Positions 14,356 through 20,000 of a DNA stretch of 20,000 nt are shown piece by piece. A program made the translations under genes and the position numbers. This stretch comes from an uncultured virus (IMG/VR IMGVR_UViG_3300046780_000922). Its lineage: Duplodnaviria; Heunggongvirae; Uroviricota; Caudoviricetes. The stretch is from the IMG/VR virus record IMGVR_UViG_3300046780_000922. One strand, written 5' to 3'. Within the stretch, counting starts at the first letter, position 1. Each line of letters opens with the position of its first letter. A model generated the notes under the pieces. It did not search any database, had not been told where the DNA came from, and saw only the letters and a list, made by a program, of their open reading frames with translations.

Positions 14356-15659
14356 TTCAGCCACCCGGCCTGGCCGATCCGCTTGTACTCGACTCCGCGC
14401 TCCGTGAACTCGTGCGACTGGCCTTGCCAGGTGCCTTGCGCATCGAGCACGAAGCGGAGGTCTTTGAGCGGATCGAGGTACGTGCTGGGCCAGTCCTTGT
14501 AGAGACTGTGCGGCGTGACGTGCACGACGGCATCGTAGAAGGCCATCGACGCGGGCTCGAAGTCGGGGCGCGTCACGCGCATGCCAGTCAGATTCTCGAG
14601 CTCGAAGTGTGGCCACATCGGGTCGTGCACCGTGACCTCGATGCCGTAGTCGCGCTGGAGATGCTGCGCGACCGCGAGACCAGGCGAGAGGCCCATGTCT
14701 CGGAAGTCGGGCCGATAGGCCATCCCGAGCACCAGGGCGGTCTTGCAGCCCCGCTGAGCGACCGCCGAGGCCGTGGCCATGCGGATGTGCCGATCGATCT
14801 TGAGAGATGTGGTGAGCATCTCGTGCGGACCGTTCAGCATGTTGAGGTACTGCGGCCCGAGGGGGATGCAGCGGCCCCCGGCGCCCGCTCCAAGGAAGAG
14901 ATGCATCAAGCGGGGATGCGTCGTGGCGAGGCTCACGGCGTCCGCGATGTCGCGGTCCTTCATGTTCATCGCGAGCTCGGTCGGGACCATGACGGCCGCG
15001 TGCAGGAGCGCATTCTCGAGCGCCTTCGTGATTTCCGCGATCCGATAGGTCGTGGGCTCGATGTCCTGCGAGACGTTCGCGAGGAGACGAACTGCGCGCG
15101 TGGTGCACTGCGGGGTCACACCACCGACGATCCGCTTCATCACGCCGAGGTGTGAGGACTTGTCCGCGAACCAATCGCGGCGCGGGCAGACCGCGAGCGC
15201 GAGGCCGGTCTGAGCGAACTGCTCGACCGAACTGGAGTAGGGCCCGTCGTAGAACAGCGAGAGCACGCGATCGATCGTGCCCGGCGTGAGCGTGGACTCG
15301 ACGAGGATAGTCGTGCCCGCGCCCGACTCGGCAAGCAGCCGAGTCAGTACCTCAATCACGATCTCATCGTAAGGTTTGCCCTCGCGCTCGCTCGGGACGG
15401 CGATGGACTGCACGGGGCACTCGAGCGCGGTCCCGAAGTTCGTCGTACCGATCAACATCTCTCGGTCAACGAGCTCAGCTACATCTGCGTTGATGTACGA
15501 GAGAAACTCGCCGGAGCGTGGCAGGCCGTCGTTCAGCCGAGCGACCGTACTAGGATCGGGATCGTACCCGACGACCTGCCAACCAGCCTTTGCCCAGTGA
15601 ACTGCGGCCGTCAGACCCACGTAGCCGAGACCGTGAATCGCGATGCGTTGCTCGCTCAT
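14352..15659 (-). CDS. UDP-glucose/GDP-mannose dehydrogenase family NDP-sugar dehydrogenase (WecC/WbpA-like)
   Basis: GLGYVG Rossmann motif, ESTLTPGT, AEITKALEN, GAGGRCIP catalytic Cys, LGMAYRPD. Confidence 0.92.
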   Translation of the reverse strand: MSEQRIAIHGLGYVGLTAAVHWAKAGWQVVGYDPDPSTVARLNDGLPRSGEFLSYINADVAELVDREMLIGTTNFGTALECPVQSIAVPSEREGKPYDEIVIEVLTRLLAESGAGTTILVESTLTPGTIDRVLSLFYDGPYSSSVEQFAQTGLALAVCPRRDWFADKSSHLGVMKRIVGGVTPQCTTRAVRLLANVSQDIEPTTYRIAEITKALENALLHAAVMVPTELAMNMKDRDIADAVSLATTHPRLMHLFLGAGAGGRCIPLGPQYLNMLNGPHEMLTTSLKIDRHIRMATASAVAQRGCKTALVLGMAYRPDFRDMGLSPGLAVAQHLQRDYGIEVTVHDPMWPHFELENLTGMRVTRPDFEPASMAFYDAVVHVTPHSLYKDWPSTYLDPLKDLRFVLDAQGTWQGQSHEFTERGVEYKRIGQAGWLK

Positions 15660-15667
15660 GAAGGTGC

Positions 15668-17323
15668 CTAGTTACCACGATGGCGATCGGCGGACAAGAC
15701 CTGCTGTGTTTCGGCTGCGTCGAGTGCGCATTGCTCGGTCTTCTGCGAGGCCCCGTCGGCGCCGATACGCCAGATGGCATCGTGCTCGACGTCCCGCATG
15801 TGAGCGCCGGCCGGGAGCTCCTTGATGCCCATGAAGAACACGCGCTCGCCGTGGACGCCGACAGCGATCCGACCACGCCAGCAGAAATCGGCTACGTGCG
15901 AGAGACGCACGTTGACCACGTAGTCCTCCATGTTGCGGATCGTGGGCGGACAGAAGTTACCGTACTTCGTGCGCAACGCCTCGAGCACGCTCGTGCGAAC
16001 GGCAATGTTGGCCCATGAGACAGCGAAGCCACCCGGCTGCAAGTAGGCGCGTGCGTCCGTGGGCGGGTTGCGGAGGTCCGTACCGATGAACGTCTCGTGC
16101 TGATCGCGGTAGGGGCCCCAGACGACACCGGCTGAACCGGTGCCCTCGAAGGCCATGCGATCGAGCTCGAGCTTCTGCGGCATGAACCGATCGTCGCTGC
16201 CGAGGCGAACCCAATACTCACCCATCTCGATGGCGAGGTTCATGCCGATCTCGTTCATCGCGACACCACCGCGATTCTCGGGGTAGCGGCAGTAGAAGAA
16301 GCGAGGATCCTTGTCCTGCCATGCGCGCATCAACGCAGGCGTGAAGTCGGTCGACCCGTCGTCGAGCACGATGCAGACCCACCGTTGATCGGTCTGCTCG
16401 AAGACCGAGCGCATCGTCTCCTCGAGCTTGTAGCCACGGTTGTACGTCGGGACGATGATCACGAAGAGACCGGGCTGCTTACGCAGGGTGCCCATCGACT
16501 CGATGAGACGAAGTTCTTGATCAGTGAACGGCACGGGTTGTTCCTCGCGTATGAGTAGGTCTTGCCCCTGAGGGGCGAACTTGGATGTGTCGACACGCCG
16601 ATACTGCGGCGTGGTGAAGTAGAGATGACGACTGAGCGAGGCCTGCTCGAGGGGGCCTGAGTTGCGATACTGGATCGCCTTCCAGACGAGGTTCTTACCG
16701 TAGTTGCCCGCGTGGATGATCTCGAACGGACAGCGCTGCGCGTTGCCGAGACTTCCACCTCGGTGCGCAGCAGCTACGGCCGGCCCAAGATACTGCACGG
16801 GCATCTGTGCGTGATGGAGACCGTCCTTGACCTCGAAGGACAGATCGGAACGGTAGCGCCAGAGCTTCCAGAACCAGCCCTCGTCGAACCCCTGATCGAT
16901 CCGTGCCCACGATGCCGAGCGCCAGAGCTGCGTGTAGTGGAAGCTCCAGACATCGACGTCAGTGCGCGTGTGTTCCTCGAGCCAAGGCCGGAACATCTCC
17001 ATCCCGCGCTGATCGAAGAGCTCGTCACCGTCCTGCCAGAGGATCCAATCGTATGCAACCTCAACACGCGTGTGCAGCATACCGAGCATCTGCTGCTTGA
17101 TCGCCATCTCGTTCTGGAACGACTGACCAACACGAACATGAAGCAACATCCATTGCGGGCGAACTGCCGTCCACGCTTCTAGGTGCTCACGCGTGCCATC
17201 TGTCGAAGCGTCATCGCAGATCACGCCACCATCACAGAGCTGATCGAGCTGCGCGAGAACGCGATAGAGATTGCCCTCGCGAACGATCTCGTTGCGGACT
17301 TTGAGGAAGCCGGCGACTCTCAT
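15668..17323 (-). CDS. Two-domain GT2 family glycosyltransferase
   Basis: N-terminal domain VRNE...DDASTDGT...WQDGDE; C-terminal domain IVPTYNR...DDGSTD...GEYWVRLGSDD...MED. Confidence 0.92.
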   Translation of the reverse strand: MRVAGFLKVRNEIVREGNLYRVLAQLDQLCDGGVICDDASTDGTREHLEAWTAVRPQWMLLHVRVGQSFQNEMAIKQQMLGMLHTRVEVAYDWILWQDGDELFDQRGMEMFRPWLEEHTRTDVDVWSFHYTQLWRSASWARIDQGFDEGWFWKLWRYRSDLSFEVKDGLHHAQMPVQYLGPAVAAAHRGGSLGNAQRCPFEIIHAGNYGKNLVWKAIQYRNSGPLEQASLSRHLYFTTPQYRRVDTSKFAPQGQDLLIREEQPVPFTDQELRLIESMGTLRKQPGLFVIIVPTYNRGYKLEETMRSVFEQTDQRWVCIVLDDGSTDFTPALMRAWQDKDPRFFYCRYPENRGGVAMNEIGMNLAIEMGEYWVRLGSDDRFMPQKLELDRMAFEGTGSAGVVWGPYRDQHETFIGTDLRNPPTDARAYLQPGGFAVSWANIAVRTSVLEALRTKYGNFCPPTIRNMEDYVVNVRLSHVADFCWRGRIAVGVHGERVFFMGIKELPAGAHMRDVEHDAIWRIGADGASQKTEQCALDAAETQQVLSADRHRGN

Positions 17324-17718
17324 GGATCGATCAATCCGGGCTTGCCCGCGTCACGCCACGTTCGAACTGATTTGACTGTAGCTACGGCGATCGGATTCTG
17401 TGGCGGAGGCTGGCCCACCAACCCCTCGTACGCAGCCACGCTAGCATCGACTGCACGAAGCACGTCATTCACGAGCGTGTTCTTCATCTCGGCGCGAGCG
17501 AGCGCATCTCGCAAGCGATTGATCTCCGAGAAACCCGCGGTGTATGCGGCGTGCGCCTCAGGTGACCAGCGCTTGTGGCCGTTCGGTTTCTGCTGTGCCG
17601 CGAGCTCACGCAATACCTGCCTGTGCTGTCGTGCGGCCTCTTCTTCGGCTGCCTCTTCTTCGATCGCGCACGCATTGCAGTGATTACGCGCGTCGGTACC
17701 ATGCACGCAGTTGTCCAT
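17320..17718 (-). CDS. Hypothetical protein with N-terminal CxH...CxxC motif (132 aa)
   Basis: MDNCVHG...HCNAC; helical; overlaps the GT2 start. Confidence 0.7.
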   Translation of the reverse strand: MDNCVHGTDARNHCNACAIEEEAAEEEAARQHRQVLRELAAQQKPNGHKRWSPEAHAAYTAGFSEINRLRDALARAEMKNTLVNDVLRAVDASVAAYEGLVGQPPPQNPIAVATVKSVRTWRDAGKPGLIDP

Positions 17719-17750
17719 GTTCTCGCTCTTCCAGATCGCTGCCTCTGCGA

Positions 17751-17948
17751 TCAGTTCTGCTCAGTTACCAGACGACCCTCTAAGATCGCAAGCGCTTTCA
17801 TGAAGCTGACCGCCTCTTCGGGCGGAAGGCGACTGGCGATGCATGCATCACACCAGTGGACCGTCTCTATCGCCTGCGGTTCCATCTGGATCTGTGTAGC
17901 AGGGAAACCAGGTAGAATCGCGCCGCAGAGCGCACAACGCTCGTTCAT
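17751..17948 (-). CDS. Small Zn-finger protein (65 aa)
   Basis: Start ATG 17948 (ATGA overlap); CALC...CDAC. Confidence 0.7.
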   Translation of the reverse strand: MNERCALCGAILPGFPATQIQMEPQAIETVHWCDACIASRLPPEEAVSFMKALAILEGRLVTEQN

Positions 17949-18136
17949 GGCTGCCCCGGCTGACAAGAGCAGCCGACGCCCTTGCGCTTACGCTTGCTAC
18001 GGAACTTGTTGACCGTTGCTGCGGCGATCCGCTGGCATGTCTTGAAGTTGCGGCGCTTGGTCTTGGACGTCGAGCACGACTCGAGGATCGCCTCGTAACG
18101 ACGCTCGTCTTTCGCGGTCCACTTCCCTTGCGGCAT
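17945..18136 (-). CDS. Small basic ChaB-like / 'plasmid stabilization'-like protein
   Basis: WTAKDERRYEAILES...RIAAATVNKFR resembles the K(D/R)ERQYEHIKES...IAARTVNK family; ATG 18136 fits a leaderless promoter. Confidence 0.65.
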   Translation of the reverse strand: MPQGKWTAKDERRYEAILESCSTSKTKRRNFKTCQRIAAATVNKFRSKRKRKGVGCSCQPGQP

Positions 18137-18142
18137 CACGCG

Positions 18143-18171
18143 ACACTAGCGCAACGCTCTTGACTGCTCAA
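18143..18171 (-). promoter_or_regulatory. Sigma70-type promoter heading the leftward operon (leaderless)
   Basis: TTGAGC-17 nt-TAGTGT, then 6 nt to ATG 18136. Confidence 0.6.
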
Positions 18172-18297
18172 GCGGTGCGGCGCAGAACACACGAACGCCC
18201 GGTGGGACTAGCACCGAGCGTTCTAGCCGGAGCGGCGGCTCAACAGCTTCGTTGAGCCTAGCCGAGGCCATTGGCACGTCAAGAGGAATCGATCCAG

Positions 18298-19788
18298 ATG
18301 GAAGACGACGACAAGGGCACGTATCCGGTTCCTCCCGAGTGGATTCCCCCTGAGACCTACGCACTCGGTCCCATACCAGGCGTGCCCCCTGAAGTCGCCG
18401 CGTGCTTCCCCGATACGGGGATGGTGCACGAGTACGTCTGGTGGGCCTCGCAATGCACGTATACGAACCCGATCTACCACGTCGGCGCGTGCCTCCCGAT
18501 GCTCGCGTGGGACCTGGCCTACCGTGGGTGGGGCTTCTCGAGTCGCGGCAACCAGATCGCCTTGCAGACGTTCCTGATTGGCGATTCGAGCTCGGGCAAG
18601 AGCACGGCACTGCGGCTCGCGCGCATGTTCCACGAGGAAATCCTCGCGAAAACCATCACTGGTTGGCCACAACCGCCTTCGACGGCCGATGCACGGACGA
18701 AGGAAGTCGCGAGCGAGAACACGGCCCGGCTCAACCCGTGGGTGCTCGCGCACGGAACCGCGAGCGGTCTACTCGAGCAGCTCTTCGACCACTTCAACGA
18801 ACCGACCGGCACAACGCCGGTCATCCTGTGGCACGAAGAGGTTTCGCAGCTACTCGACAAGCGGAAGGACCACTCGATCGCGAGCATCCTGCTCGAGCTC
18901 TTCGACTTCGTTCCCAAGGTCGAGCGCCACCTGAGCCGCTACCGGGACATGGTCAAGAAGGGCAAGACGGCGCCCAACATCGTCTACAAACCGGCCATCT
19001 CTGGTCTGTTCGCCGGAACACCCGCGAGCTTGCAAGGAGTGCTGGATCGATCCTCGTTCGAGGGCGGGCTCATCTCACGGTCGTTGTGGCTCACGGGGCA
19101 GCCGGACATCGCGAGGTGGCGCATCACGGATCGGAACAGATCGGTAGCTCGAGGATCGATAGTAGATCGATGGATACACTACGCCCACCACCACCACGGC
19201 CTGGAGGCACGGGTAGCACTAGCGAACGCGCCTAGACTGCTGCATGTGCCAGCGGATGTCAAGCAGATAGCGTATGACGCACTTTGGCCCGCTTTTGCAC
19301 AGGCGAGGAAGCTCGGAAACGGACCCCTCGCCGCGGTCCACGGACGGGCTCTAGAGCACGCCGAGCTCGTGGGGGCCCTCTACGCATGGTCGAGGGGTCA
19401 AACGGCCGTCTCAGAGGCGGATATGCGGGCGGCGGTGGCATTACTGCGATGGTCGACACGCACAGTCGAGCGGATGAACGATTCGACGGCTGACGATGCG
19501 AACTGGATTCGGTCTCAGGACGTGCTCAGGATCATCGACCAGGCTGGGCTTGTTGGCATCAAGAAGTCAGATATCAGCATCACCCTGAAGATGACCAAGA
19601 CAGTCCTAGACCCGTGTCTAGACCAACTCCTAGACGCTGGTCAGATCACGGAACATCGTCACCATGCCGGTGGTCGTGGACGACCCGCTACGGTTTACCG
19701 GCATGTACGTCATCAGGCGGCTATTGGTAACAAAGTAGTCAAACTCACGAAACTATTAGAGAAACAGCCTGAAGACGAGCCAGAATAA
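18298..19788 (+). CDS. DUF3987/YfjI-like P-loop NTPase (putative replicative helicase) with C-terminal winged-helix
   Basis: Walker A GDSSSGKST, TASGLLE, Walker B-like ILWHEE, LLELFD, GGLISR, C-terminal GRGRPATVY; ATG 18298 preceded by AGAGGA. Confidence 0.8.
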   Translation: MEDDDKGTYPVPPEWIPPETYALGPIPGVPPEVAACFPDTGMVHEYVWWASQCTYTNPIYHVGACLPMLAWDLAYRGWGFSSRGNQIALQTFLIGDSSSGKSTALRLARMFHEEILAKTITGWPQPPSTADARTKEVASENTARLNPWVLAHGTASGLLEQLFDHFNEPTGTTPVILWHEEVSQLLDKRKDHSIASILLELFDFVPKVERHLSRYRDMVKKGKTAPNIVYKPAISGLFAGTPASLQGVLDRSSFEGGLISRSLWLTGQPDIARWRITDRNRSVARGSIVDRWIHYAHHHHGLEARVALANAPRLLHVPADVKQIAYDALWPAFAQARKLGNGPLAAVHGRALEHAELVGALYAWSRGQTAVSEADMRAAVALLRWSTRTVERMNDSTADDANWIRSQDVLRIIDQAGLVGIKKSDISITLKMTKTVLDPCLDQLLDAGQITEHRHHAGGRGRPATVYRHVRHQAAIGNKVVKLTKLLEKQPEDEPE

Positions 19789-19789
19789 A

Positions 19790-20000
<211 letters not shown>

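Larger units (their letters stand above)
1..19788. mobile_element. Virus/provirus genome segment, probably a tailless membrane-containing (Varidnaviria-like) bacterial virus
   Basis: Dense co-oriented small genes with ATGA/GTGA/TGATG overlaps, many tail-anchored membrane proteins, basic DNA-condensing-type proteins, a PG-binding protein, a capsid-like gene and a DUF3987-like helicase. No housekeeping genes and no recognisable terminase, portal or tail genes. Element boundaries are not visible. Confidence 0.75.

Noticed and set aside
13465..15174. Long 5' extensions in the ORF track (569 aa here; also 2830-4113, 8575-9498, 9192-9842, 9548-10219, 938-1414)
   Set aside because: They overlap bona fide upstream genes in another frame; true starts coincide with stop/start overlaps or SD sites

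Overview
GC-rich window (roughly two-thirds GC by eye) that reads as part of a virus or provirus genome, most plausibly a tailless, internal-membrane (Varidnaviria-like) bacterial virus; this classification is inferred, not proven. Almost everything from 18136 down to 1 is a tightly coupled minus-strand gene array. In transcription order it holds: small ChaB-like and Zn-finger genes; a glycan-modification cassette (two-domain GT2, NDP-sugar dehydrogenase, DxD GT-A-like protein, two SAM methyltransferases, radical SAM/SPASM enzyme); a transglutaminase-like Cys-His-Asp enzyme; and about 20 putative virion genes. The virion block includes Lys/Arg/Cys-rich small proteins, nine C-terminally anchored membrane proteins, a peptidoglycan-binding protein and a truncated capsid-like gene at the left edge. 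A divergent plus-strand DUF3987/YfjI-like P-loop replication protein is followed by an AT-rich tract with a 29-nt poly(A). The most notable signals are: a shared basic-leader + GLG motif in many putative virion proteins next to a candidate processing protease; a bipartite motif CTGAACGC-N11-CCTGGTAGG occurring three times upstream of structural gene blocks; and a 24-bp inverted repeat enclosing 90 bp inside the glycan cassette. No packaging ATPase, integrase, tRNA or CRISPR array was seen in the window.
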